Assembly (NCBI GenBank): GCA_963823665.1
Contig: CAWGMQ010000004.1
Coordinates: 2,752,001-2,816,000 of the forward strand
Length of the DNA stretch: 64,000 nt
Reading direction: 5' to 3'
From: an uncultured Planctomycetota bacterium
GTDB lineage: Bacteria > Planctomycetota > Planctomycetia > Isosphaerales > Isosphaeraceae
This document shows positions 20,221-30,223 of the stretch, in pieces. Every line of letters begins with the position of its first letter. Positions within the stretch are counted from its first letter, which is position 1. The translations under genes and the position numbers were made by a program. The notes beneath the pieces were generated by a model. The model did not search any database. It was not told where the DNA came from and worked only from the letters and a program-made list of their open reading frames with translations.

Positions 20221-21587
20221 TTGCCGGCCCCTTCGTGCCTGATGATCTCGAGGGCACCTTGAACAGAATCTTCGAGCACCGACCAGGCCAGCCCCTTGTC
20301 TTCGTGGCGGTCGGCGAGGTGGCGCAGATTGAAGACCTGCTTGCTTTCCTCTTCCGGCCCTACGATCACCGCCAGCTTGTGGCCCCGCGCCGAACCGTAT
20401 CCCATTTGCTTGCCGATCGAAATCGCGTCTGGATATACCTCGGCGGCGATGCCGGTCGCGCGCAGCCGCGCCGCCATGCTGAACGCGACGACAGGATTGG
20501 TGCCCGGAAAGCTCGCGACCAGGACCTGCGCGGTTGTTGCACGCGACGAAAGCTTGCCGGCTTCCTCGAGCAGCGCCATCAGTCGATCCAGTCCGATCGA
20601 AGCGCCGACGCCGGGCAAACGGCGGGGCGTGAAGAGGCTGGCAAGGTTGTCGTATCTTCCACCCGAAGCCACGCTGCCGAATTTCTCCCAGCCATTGATC
20701 GTGGTCTCGAATACGATGCCCGTGTAGTAGTCAAGCCCGCGGGCAAGACCGAGATCGATTGCGATGTGATCTCGCGGAACGAGGGCGGCCTCGAGAAGCT
20801 CAACAACCGTCTTGAGATTTGCTATGCCCAGAAGGGCACCAGGGCTGCTTTCGAGGGCAGTCCGGGCCTGGTCCAGTACCTCGACTCCGCCGCGGGAGGA
20901 ATCGGTGAAAGCGAGAACGTTCGCGGCTTTTTCCTCGGACAGGCCGGCGCCGCCGGATCCATCGCTGCGCATGAGCTCTTCGGTCACGGCAGTACGACCG
21001 ATCTTCGCCAGCTTGTCCAGTGCACGGAGCACCGGGGCGCTCTTGCCCGAAAGGCCCTCCCGCTCGAGGAAGCCGTCGAGGATCTTGCGGTGATTGAGGG
21101 TGATCGTGAAGTCGGGAACTCCGGCCGCGGCAAGCGCCGAGTAAATCACCTGCGCCGTTTCGGCGTCGGCCAGGACGCTCTCGGTGCCGATCGTGTCGAA
21201 GTCGCACTGGACGAATTCGCGAAACCGGCCCTTTGCCGGGCGCTCGCCGCGAAAAACCGAGCCGATCGCGTACCGCTTGAACGGAACACCGAGCTCGTCG
21301 ATGTGCTTGGCGACGAACCGGGCGAGCGGGACGGTCAAGTCGAATCGCAAGGCCAGCTCGCCGGGCGTGCCGCCCTTGTTGGTGACCTCGAAGATCTGCC
21401 TCAGCACTTCGTCGGACCCGGCTCCCTTGCCGGTCAAGACCTCCATTCGCTCGATGTGGGGCGATTCGATCGGCAGGAAGCCGAAGCTCGAGAAGACCTG
21501 GCGGAATAGCCCGAGCATTCGCTCGCGGGGGATCATCACCGCGGGAGTGAGGTCTCGCAATCCGCTGGCCACTCTGGGGTCGATCAT
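20217..21587 (-). CDS. hisS: Histidine--tRNA ligase
   Basis: LRFDLTVPLARF, FRGERPAKGRFREFVQCDFD, ARGLDYYTG, SGGRYD, GASIGLDRL and an anticodon-binding C-terminus. Confidence 0.95.
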   Translation of the reverse strand: MIDPRVASGLRDLTPAVMIPRERMLGLFRQVFSSFGFLPIESPHIERMEVLTGKGAGSDEVLRQIFEVTNKGGTPGELALRFDLTVPLARFVAKHIDELGVPFKRYAIGSVFRGERPAKGRFREFVQCDFDTIGTESVLADAETAQVIYSALAAAGVPDFTITLNHRKILDGFLEREGLSGKSAPVLRALDKLAKIGRTAVTEELMRSDGSGGAGLSEEKAANVLAFTDSSRGGVEVLDQARTALESSPGALLGIANLKTVVELLEAALVPRDHIAIDLGLARGLDYYTGIVFETTINGWEKFGSVASGGRYDNLASLFTPRRLPGVGASIGLDRLMALLEEAGKLSSRATTAQVLVASFPGTNPVVAFSMAARLRATGIAAEVYPDAISIGKQMGYGSARGHKLAVIVGPEEESKQVFNLRHLADRHEDKGLAWSVLEDSVQGALEIIRHEGAGK

Positions 21588-22682
21588 GGTTTGTCCATTC
21601 TCGAGGGAGGCGACACGTGCAGGCTTCCCGGGCGGGAGGCATACTGTCCGCCGCTGTCCGCCGCGATCCGCTTGAGGTGGTCGCCGGCCAGGCCGCCGGC
21701 CAGATCGATGCAATGAATCGGAACCTTGCGAACGTTCTGCTTGGCGACCTCGTCGACGGTGCCCTCGGGAAACTCACCGTCGGAGAGCAGGAAGACGGCA
21801 TCGGGCTTGAGCGAGATCGCCTGCTTGATGGCGAGCCTGGGGTCGGTTCCGCCGTCGGGCTCGATCACCCGGAGCCAGGCAATCAACTGATTTTTTGCCT
21901 GGAGTGTCGGCCGTCCTGGGTCTGGGCCCGCCCGGCATGGGAATCGACTCGTGGTTGTAGAAGATCACCTCAAACTTCTGCGGCTCGTGGAGCGAAAGGA
22001 CGCTGTGCCTGAGCTCGAGCGTCGCGCGGGTGAGGCGATCGTCGTCGACCATGCTGCCGGAACAGTCCACGACGTAGATGAAGAACTGGCCGCGGGCACG
22101 GATGCCGAAGAACGTCGTCTTCCGCCAAGCCGGAAGCTCGTACCAATCGGAATCATCGCTGTAGCGATCTTCCGGTGAGCTGCCGGGCGGCTGGAGGAAA
22201 GCACTCCGAGGCTTCTTCATCTCGTCCTGGGTGAGGACACGAATCTCGGTGTCGCGGTTCGATTTTGCGGCTTTGCTCCCGGCGGCTTTCGCTTGTTTCT
22301 TGGCCTTGCCCGGCTTGCGGGCCGCCGAGCTCGATTCGCTCTCACCGGTCGCCTTGGCTGTTCCGACTGCCTTCTTCGACTCGGAACCAGCAGCGCCCTT
22401 GGCGTCGGCCTTCTTCTCGTTTGATTTTGAATCGGTTGAGGCGCCTTTCTCCTGAGTCTCTCGCTCAGAGTGCGCCGGAGCGGCGGTTGCGCCGTCATCC
22501 GCAGCCGGGCTGGCAATCGCCGTCATTAAGCCGATGACAATGACCCAGACCACGGATACAACTCCGGAAAAGGCATACTCCACAATCGAGACGAGTTTAC
22601 CACAATGGACAAGTGCCGTGCGCATCTGTGCGTTCCGGGTAATATAGAGACGATTGCGGTCCTTGACTCCGATTGCTAACAC
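21584..22682 (-). CDS. vWA domain protein; frameshift near 21895, start uncertain
   Basis: FFGI..FIYVVDCSGSM (MIDAS), then PDGGTDP and VFLLSDGEF in the second frame; stop overlaps the hisS ATG. Confidence 0.8.
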
Positions 22683-23068
22683 GCGGACTCAATGCTCCCA
22701 CTTTGCTTCCTTCTGTCCAACCAAACCTGCCTTCACCGGAGACATAACAAGCCTGCGAACATAGATGCATCCAAGATCGCTTGTTCGCGATCCCGAATGC
22801 CGGCGGTAGCGTCTGGGTGCGACCGGTCCGTCGTGCTGGCGCGATCGTGATCGCATCGGCCGCCTGAACGCTCGATCCAAATCGCTCTATCTTTTCTATA
22901 TGTTTTCGGTTATCATCGAAAGCTGGTTGGTCTGTCGCCCTGGCTCGAAGAGAGCCCTGACTTGGATCGGTGCCTCGCCTTCCCCACCGACAGGCCTCGT
23001 TGTCCGTTCGTCTTTCGACCCTTCCGCTCTTCCAGTGGGTCGCGTCGCATTCGCCCAGGAGTTCAGCG

Positions 23069-23464
23069 GTGGGCAAGAAGCTTTACGTAGGCAATCTGTC
23101 GTATGGGGTCAGTAATTCCGCCTTGGAACAGTTGTTCTCGCAATTCGGCACCGTGCAGAGTGCGCAGGTGATCCAGGATCGTGCGACGGGCCGGAGCAAG
23201 GGCTTTGGTTTCGTCGAGATGGACAACGACGCTCAGGCTCAGGCTGCGATCGACGGGCTTCACGAAAGGGAGGTCGATGGTCGTCGCCTGACTGTTAACG
23301 AAGCCCGGCCGCGCGAGGATCGTGGCGGAGGCGGTGGTGGTGGGGGTGGCTACGGCGGCGGCGGCGGCGGAAGTCGCGGAGGTCGCGGAGGCGGCGGGGG
23401 TGGCTACGGCGGGGGTGGCGGCGGCGGCGGTTACGGCGGTGGCGGCGGAGGCCGCCGGTACTGA
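23069..23464 (+). CDS. RRM RNA-binding protein with Gly-rich tail
   Basis: GTG start after aggag; KLYVGNL (RNP2), RSKGFGFVEM (RNP1), TVNEARPRE. Confidence 0.95.
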   Translation: MGKKLYVGNLSYGVSNSALEQLFSQFGTVQSAQVIQDRATGRSKGFGFVEMDNDAQAQAAIDGLHEREVDGRRLTVNEARPREDRGGGGGGGGGYGGGGGGSRGGRGGGGGGYGGGGGGGGYGGGGGGRRY

Positions 23465-23648
23465 TCGATCGTCCCGGATGCCCTTCACTTGGACACAAGG
23501 CGCACCGGTCAACGAGCCGCTGTGCACGTGCGAGCTGCGCACTCACAGCGAGTTTTCTACCGATGCCTTCGTAGCCGCTTGGCGTGCCGCAGACCACGCG
23601 GTTGCATGTCGATCCTTCCCTATCCTCATCCTGTATGGAAAACCTCGG

Positions 23649-23955
23649 ATGAATCCCAAGCACTTTCACACACCGGTTTCCACTCGGCTGCGCTGCCCGA
23701 TTTGCCACCAGCCCGTCTACTCGCGTGGCGGTATTCATCCCGCAGTGCGCGATGCGGCAAGCCGAGCCCGCGCTGCACGAGCCGGAAGAAGCGCTTGAAA
23801 TCGTTGCCGAGGACCAGAAGGCGGCACTGCCTGTCGTCCCTGCGGTCGCTGTACCCAAGATCAAAACGGCCGCCCGCCCCGTATCCACGTCTGTTACTGG
23901 TGGCAAGGTCCGACCCGTTGCTGCGCCAGTCGGCGCTGGCAAGGCCGGCCGCTAG
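23649..23955 (+). CDS. Small hypothetical protein with CxxC..HPQC motif; frameshift near 23740
   Basis: RCPICHQPVYSRGGIHP joins PQCAMRQAEP in the adjacent frame. Confidence 0.6.
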
Positions 23956-23988
23956 ACGGCTTCTCGCGATTCGTGTCGGGCGAGGCAA

Positions 23989-24085
23989 CCGGGTATGCCG
24001 CGCTGGCGGAGCCGGTGGCACGCAACCGGCGACTTCGGCGGACGGCACGCGGAGTGTGCCTGCTACACCGGACCGGTGGCACCCA
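23989..24085. repeat. Composite REP element, copy 2
   Basis: ggcggacggcacgcggagtgtgcctgctac (24037-24066) flanked by ccggtggcac units. Confidence 0.8.
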
Positions 24086-24296
24086 GGCCGGTCTCGTAAT
24101 CGTGCGACGCTATTTTGGTCGCATCGCGGGCCGGTTCATCTTACCAGCCTCGTTGACCGTTTCATCTTTCCAGCCTCTAGGATCGCTCATCTGTCTTCTA
24201 TAGAATAAAGAGCGATTTGCAGGATCATTCACCGGCGAGGAAGCAAGAACGAAGGGCACCCGTCAGAATGGCGGGTGGCACGCGGAGAGGCTGCGC

Positions 24297-25126
24297 ATGC
24301 TGGCCAAGCGGATCATCCCTTGCCTCGATGTCGATCATGGCCGTGTGGTCAAGGGGACCAACTTCAAGAACCTCAAGGATGCGGGCGACCCTGTCGCCGT
24401 GGCCGCGCGTTATGATGAAGAGGGCGCGGACGAGTTGGTCTTTCTGGACATCACCGCCAGTCACGAGGGGCGGGCGATCTTGCTGGACGTGGTCTCGTCG
24501 AACCGCCGAGGTATGCTTCATGCCGCTGACAGTCGGCGGCGGCATTCGGAGTCTGGACGACATCCGGATGCTGTTGAACGCGGGGGCAGACAAGGTCTCG
24601 ATCAACTCGGCGGCGGTGCGTGACCCGGCTCTGGTGCGACAGGCAGCTCGCCGGTTCGGCAGTCAGTGCATCGTTGTGAACATCGACCCCAAGCGAGTCA
24701 ATCGCGATGGACGTCTAGTATGGGAGGTGTTCATTAACGGGGGCCGGGTTGCAACCGGGCTCGAGGCGGTCGCGTGGGCCCGCGAAGTCGAGCAGTCCGG
24801 CGCCGGAGAGATTGTTCTGACCAGCATGGACTGCGACGGTACTCAGAACGGGTATGACCTGGAGATGACGCGGGCCGTGGTTGAAAGCGTGGAAATCCCG
24901 GTCGTGGCTTCGGGAGGGGCCGGCAACCCCGAGCACTTGCGAGCGGTGCTTGACCGAGGCCGGAGCCAGCGCCGCACTCGCCGCGAGCATTTTCCACTAC
25001 GAGCGCTACTCGATCCGCGAGACGAAGGAATACCTGGCGAGCCGGGGCGTGCCGGTTCGAATCACCGACTTGAAGAAGCCGCAGACGTTCCGCAAACTTA
25101 ATCATGAAAGCTGCTCCATTCCCTGA
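24297..25126 (+). CDS. hisF: Imidazole glycerol phosphate synthase subunit HisF; two frameshifts (near 24500 and 24950)
   Basis: [68 protein letters not shown]. Confidence 0.92.
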
Positions 25127-25168
25127 AGCTAATTCTCGAGTCCTGGCAACCGAAGGAGTGCAATCTCC

Positions 25169-26327
25169 ATGGCGACGGTCGCTGAAGCACCCGTTGATGC
25201 AATGCCCGATGAGCCCGAGGCGAACAAGCTGTTCCGGATGGTGATGCGATTCAAGGGCTCGGACCTTCACCTCAAGGTGGGGATGGCGCCGGCCATGCGC
25301 CTGGCCGGAGTGCTGCGGCTCATGCAGCTTCCCGCCGCTCACAGGGTCCGAGATGGAACGGCTGATGTTTCCCCTGCTGAGCGTGCGCCAGAAGACCATC
25401 CTCGACGATACCGGCGGCATCGACTTCGCGCACATCATCTTCGAACCTAACGGCGACGAGACCCGGTTCCGAGTCAACCTGTTCAAACAGCGCGGCCGCT
25501 TGAGCCTGGTGGCCCGCCGTGTGAACACCTCGATTCCGGATTTCGAGGGGCTGGGCCTTCCCCCGGTCATGGGCGAGATCGCCAGCCACGATCAAGGAAT
25601 CGTCATCCTGGCGGGCGTCACGGGCTCGGGTAAATCGACGAGCATCGCGGCGATGCTCCAGTACGTGAACACGCGCGAGCGTTGCCACATCGTCACGATT
25701 GAAGACCCGATCGAATTCACATTCAAGGACGACAAGTGCATCATCAATCAGCGTGAGGTGGGGATCGATGTCGTCAACTGGGATACGGCGCTCAAGCATG
25801 CCGTCCGCCAGGACCCGGACATCATCCTGGTGGGTGAGATGCGTGATCGCGAGACATTCAACGCGGCAATGCATGCGGCCGAGACCGGCCACCTGGTGTT
25901 CGGGACCATCCATGCCTCGACCGCTCCTTCGACGATCAGCCGTATTCTCGATCTCTTCCCGCAGGACATGCACAACGCGATGCGGCAGAACCTCGCCTTC
26001 AATCTCAAGGCGATCGTCGCGCAGAAGCTGCTGCCCACCACCAAGGACTGGGCGGCTGCCACCGGCCAGACGCGAGCGCCGCTCGTGGAAGTCATGCGAA
26101 TGAATCCGACCGTGAAGAAATTGATCCTCCAGGAAGAAGACATCAAGCTGGCGCAGGCGATCCGGCTGGGCAAGGAAGAAGGAATGGTCGATTTTACTGA
26201 GAGCTTGCGGCAGCTCGTCGTGGCTGAGAAGGTGGAACGCGCCGTCGCCTTCGAAAACGCACCCAACCCCGAGCTGCTGCGAATGGCGCTCAAGGGCATC
26301 ACGCTTCCCGAACAAGGCATCCTGTGA
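25169..26327 (+). CDS. pilT: PilT/PilU family type IV pilus retraction ATPase; frameshift near 25340
   Basis: GSDLHLKVG, RFRVN, GVTGSGKST, TIEDPIE, INQREVG, RQDPDIILVGEMRD, AETGHLVFGTIH. Confidence 0.88.
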
Positions 26328-26380
26328 TTCAAGCTGGCCGCGTCCCGATTGGTCGCGACGCTCCGTTAGAAAGGTGAGCA

Positions 26381-28135
26381 ATGTACCGCCTGTTCCCGGC
26401 GCTCCTGGCATTTCTTGTTCTGACCTTGTTCGCCGTCACGGCGACGCAGGCGGCAGAGCCAGTCTCGGATTTCTTGATGCTGGCCCAGATTCCGCACATG
26501 ACGCGCGGGCCGGGGATGTACCTCAACCTTTTCAAGTTCGTTCCGGTGGTGATCATCTACATTCTCTGGGCGTGGACGACCAACTGGGTCGAACACGACA
26601 CGAAGGAGCTCATCAACCTTCGCTTCGCCGTCTGGAACAGCGCGGTGTTCTTTTCCGGTGTGCTTGGGCTGGCGCTCGTGCTGGCGATTCCGATCTACTT
26701 CATCGGGCTTGGTCTCTTGCTGCTGGCGTATTTCGTGCCACTCATGTCGTACATTTACGCCCGCAATCAGACCGTGCCCGACGACCAGAAGGTGCTCACG
26801 CCGTATCACCTTGGGGAAGTGTGCAACGACATCTTGCACAAGCTGGGAATGAAGGCGCTCTTCAACAAGGACGTCGGCACGGTCGACCGCTCCGGGCCGC
26901 CGATCGTGTTCGTGGGCAAGACCCAGGGCTCAGCCAAGGAAGATCCGACGCGCGTTCGCCAGGCCGAGGAATCCCGGTCGTACATGGCCGCCAAGGAACT
27001 GGTCTACGACGCGGTCCTGCGGCGCTCGACCGACATCCACCTGGAGCCCACCACCGAGCAGCTTTCGGTGCGGTACCGGATCGACGGCATTCTGCACGCC
27101 GCCGAGCCGTTCGACCGGCCGACCGGAGATGCCGTGGTGAACGTATTCAAGGTGCTCTCGGCGATGGACATCTCGGAGAAGCGCAAGCCCCAGGACGGCT
27201 CGTTCGGCGCGACTCTGGCAGGGCGCAGCCTCGATTTCCGCGTGGCGACATCGGGGTCGAAAGCGGGCGAGAAGCTGGTGATGCGAATCCTGGACAACAG
27301 CTCGTCCGTGACCAAGATGGAAGACCTGGGAATGCGGCCGAAGCTGATCGAGCAGGTGCGCGGCCTGGTTACCCAGCCTCACGGAATGTTCCTCTGCTGC
27401 GGCCCGACCGGCGCCGGCAAATCGACGACGCTGTACGCCGCGCTTCGCGAAATCGATCGTTACCAGAAGAACATCATCACGGTCGAAGACCCGATCGAGT
27501 ACCAGCTCGACAACGTCACGCAGATGGAGGTGAACACCAAGGCTGGGCAGACGTTTGCCACGAGCCTGCGCTCGATCCTGCGCCAGGATCCGGACGTCAT
27601 CATGATCGGCGAAATCCGCGATCAAGAGACTGCTTCGATCGCCTGCCAGGCTGCCAACACCGGGCACATGGTGTTCTCGACCGTTCACTCCAACGACGCG
27701 GTGACGGCCTTGTTCCGGTTGCTCGACCTGGGTGTCGAGCCGTTCATGATCGCGTCGGCGCTTTCCGGGGTGCTCGGCCAGCGGTTGGTGCGGCTGCTCT
27801 GTGAAGCATGTAAGGAGCCGTACAAGCCCAAGCCGGAATTCTTGAAGAAAGCGAATCTGCCCGCGGACAAGGTCGACGTTTTCTATCGGCGGCCCGAGAA
27901 TCCCGAGGAGGTTTGCCAGCAATGCGGCGGCACGGGCTACTTCGGCCGTACCGGCATCTACGAGCTACTGGTGCTGACGGAGGCCATGCGCGAGATGATC
28001 CGCGAGAATCCATCGATCAACAAGATCAAGGCCGAGGCCCGCAAAGCGGGCATGATTTATCTGCAAGAGGACGGTCTGCGCCAGGTGATCCAGGGCCGCA
28101 CCTCGATCGAAGAACTGCTGCGAGTTGTCAAATAA
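26381..28135 (+). CDS. GspE/PulE/PilB-family ATPase with N-terminal membrane segments
   Basis: DIHLEP, RYRIDG, PQDGSF, GPTGAGKSTT, TVEDPIE, LRQDPDVIMIGEIRD, tetracysteine motif, GRTGIYE. Confidence 0.92.
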   Translation: MYRLFPALLAFLVLTLFAVTATQAAEPVSDFLMLAQIPHMTRGPGMYLNLFKFVPVVIIYILWAWTTNWVEHDTKELINLRFAVWNSAVFFSGVLGLALVLAIPIYFIGLGLLLLAYFVPLMSYIYARNQTVPDDQKVLTPYHLGEVCNDILHKLGMKALFNKDVGTVDRSGPPIVFVGKTQGSAKEDPTRVRQAEESRSYMAAKELVYDAVLRRSTDIHLEPTTEQLSVRYRIDGILHAAEPFDRPTGDAVVNVFKVLSAMDISEKRKPQDGSFGATLAGRSLDFRVATSGSKAGEKLVMRILDNSSSVTKMEDLGMRPKLIEQVRGLVTQPHGMFLCCGPTGAGKSTTLYAALREIDRYQKNIITVEDPIEYQLDNVTQMEVNTKAGQTFATSLRSILRQDPDVIMIGEIRDQETASIACQAANTGHMVFSTVHSNDAVTALFRLLDLGVEPFMIASALSGVLGQRLVRLLCEACKEPYKPKPEFLKKANLPADKVDVFYRRPENPEEVCQQCGGTGYFGRTGIYELLVLTEAMREMIRENPSINKIKAEARKAGMIYLQEDGLRQVIQGRTSIEELLRVVK

Positions 28136-28235
28136 TGAGCCGCACGACAATCGTGCGAATAGCAAAGTCGACCAGGATAGGGTGTTCAGCACCTCTGCGA
28201 TTCAAAGATCGGACCCAACTAGCGAGGTCATCCGC

Positions 28236-28961
28236 ATGAAGTTGCTCATCGATTTCATCATCCTGTTCCTGGCGCTGGGCATGGCCTACGCCCTGGTGAG
28301 TGAAGGACTCTGGGGCGCGGCCTTGATGTTCTTCAACGTACTCTTCGCCGCGATGATCGCGTTCAATTTTTATGAGCCGCTCGCTAGATTGCTCGATTCG
28401 ACCGGAATCAACTGGGGGTTCTCCGACACGCTTTGCATGCTCGGTTTATTCTGCGTAGCGCTCGTGGTCTTGCGGATGACGACCGAGACGATTGCGCCGG
28501 CCATGGTGAGGTTTCCAATGCCCGTCTATCATGCCGGCCGGATCATCTTTGGGCTGGCCGGCGGAGCGGTGACCACCGCCGTCATCGTTCTGGCGTTCCA
28601 TGCAGCGCCCGTTCACAAGAAGATCTTCAACGCGGTTGATTACAAATCGAAACCGCCGTTTGGTTTAGGTCTCGACCACCTGTGGCTGGGGTTCTTCCAG
28701 TATGAAACGGGGGCAGTCTTCTCGAACACGGGGTACGGCCGTCCCGATCCTTACCGCACGTATGGACAGGGGGGGCGAGTGAACGTGTTTGATCCCAGGG
28801 CGGTATGGCTACTCGATCATTATGATGCCAGGCCATATGGAACGGGTTCGTCGGTCAGCGGTGGTGGTGAAGACACGCCCGAGGCACCGCCTCCCACGAC
28901 CCCAGGCGGCGGAGGCGGCGGCCGTGCCGGTGGCCGAGGTGGCGGGGCGGCGCCGCCGTGA
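28236..28961 (+). CDS. CvpA-like membrane protein
   Basis: Four TM helices, EGLWGA..AFNFYEPLA motif; ATG after gaggt. Confidence 0.65.
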   Translation: MKLLIDFIILFLALGMAYALVSEGLWGAALMFFNVLFAAMIAFNFYEPLARLLDSTGINWGFSDTLCMLGLFCVALVVLRMTTETIAPAMVRFPMPVYHAGRIIFGLAGGAVTTAVIVLAFHAAPVHKKIFNAVDYKSKPPFGLGLDHLWLGFFQYETGAVFSNTGYGRPDPYRTYGQGGRVNVFDPRAVWLLDHYDARPYGTGSSVSGGGEDTPEAPPPTTPGGGGGGRAGGRGGGAAPP

Positions 28962-29021
28962 TCGGGCACCGGGTGGGACTACCGTGCGCGAGGCGACAAG
29001 ACGACCACGTTCGTGCGAGGG

Positions 29022-30041
29022 TCATTGGTTCGTCTGTGCCGCCGCGCTCGGAGTGAGGTAGGGCTTCATCTGCACGAGCTCGAATTTCGAGCGGGCGGAG
29101 TGCCCGGTTGTCTGCTGAATGTTTAGGCGGTAAACCCCGATTTGATTGCTCGTTGTTTCAATGACGTAAAGAGGCGCCTGTCCGGCAGTGCCGGGGCCCA
29201 GCGATCCGGTGGACATGAGAAAACGGGGGCGTGGGCCGCGATCGAAGTCGACCTTGAAGTCGGCGGCCAGGTCGCGCTCGACGAAGGATTCGATGATCGT
29301 CGTTGATTGCGGCGATTTCTGGTATACAGGAAGTGACGCCCGCAAGCGCCGGGCTTTGTAGTCGAGGATGTAGAGCGCGTCGAGCGGGACTGCTGCCTTG
29401 GTCGACTGGTCGTAGCTAACCAGGACCGGTCCGGTCATCATGATTGACTTCCCGACGTGGTCGGTGCCCTCGTCTTTACTCTCTTTGCTGGCCGGGTCGT
29501 CTTTACTGGCCGCGCTCGCGTTGTCATACGCCTTCAACTGCAAGAGCTCGAACTTCGGCCGGCCAGACTTGCCGGTTGAACCCGGAGCGCCGAAGCCGTA
29601 GACACCGATCTGAGTGGTGGTGGTCTCGATCACGTACAGGGGAGACCAACCGGAAGTGTACGGCCCGAGCGAGCCCGTCGTCATGAGGAAGTGAGGGCGT
29701 GCGCCGCGATCGAGATCGATCTTGAAGTCTGAGGCCAGGTCGCGCTCGACGAACGAGTCGATGATCGTCGTGGAGTGAGTCGATTGGCGGTATGTTGGCA
29801 GCGACGCCCGCAACCGGCCGTTCTTGTAATCAAGGATGTACAGGGCCTCGAGGGGGATCGGCGCCTTGGTCGCCTCGTCGTAACGAACGGACAGAGGGCC
29901 GGTTGCCATGATCATTTCACCCGCGCGGTCGACACCGTCGGCAAATAGCGTGGCCGATGGAACGAAGGTCAAGAACGGGCCCGCGATGAGGGCGAGGAGC
30001 AGAAGGGACGTGCGCGCAAGGCGCGAATAACAGACGCTCAT
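29022..30041 (-). CDS. Secreted hypothetical protein with two tandem copies of one domain
   Basis: aggag-ATG at 30041; signal peptide; ALYILDYK..RLRASLP.Y..STTII.SFVERDLA.DFK occurs twice. Confidence 0.75.
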   Translation of the reverse strand: MSVCYSRLARTSLLLLALIAGPFLTFVPSATLFADGVDRAGEMIMATGPLSVRYDEATKAPIPLEALYILDYKNGRLRASLPTYRQSTHSTTIIDSFVERDLASDFKIDLDRGARPHFLMTTGSLGPYTSGWSPLYVIETTTTQIGVYGFGAPGSTGKSGRPKFELLQLKAYDNASAASKDDPASKESKDEGTDHVGKSIMMTGPVLVSYDQSTKAAVPLDALYILDYKARRLRASLPVYQKSPQSTTIIESFVERDLAADFKVDFDRGPRPRFLMSTGSLGPGTAGQAPLYVIETTSNQIGVYRLNIQQTTGHSARSKFELVQMKPYLTPSAAAQTNQ

Positions 30042-30223
30042 GACTCGTCGACTCCTTTCATGATCCGGTCTATCGATAATCCGGTACTCCGACCGGAGCC
30101 GGCCAGACAGCGTTTCCTCAAGCGGCACCCTGGCCTGGGCGCCTGGGCGTGCATTGTGCGACGATGGATAAATTGCGTCCAGCCCAACAGGCGGATGAAT
30201 GCGGGGCGGAAGGGATTACGAGC

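Noticed and set aside
19434..21509. 691-aa plus-strand ORF (and similar long antisense ORFs such as 26930-27922 and 54634-56058)
   Set aside because: Shadow frames of real genes in high-GC DNA; no recognisable motifs.
23323..23458. GGC-rich tract as a special repeat element
   Set aside because: It encodes the normal Gly-rich tail of the RRM protein.
24297..25126. Programmed frameshifting or pseudogenisation of hisF and hisZ
   Set aside because: No slippery heptamers noticed at the breaks, and many unrelated neighbours are equally affected; sequencing error is more parsimonious.
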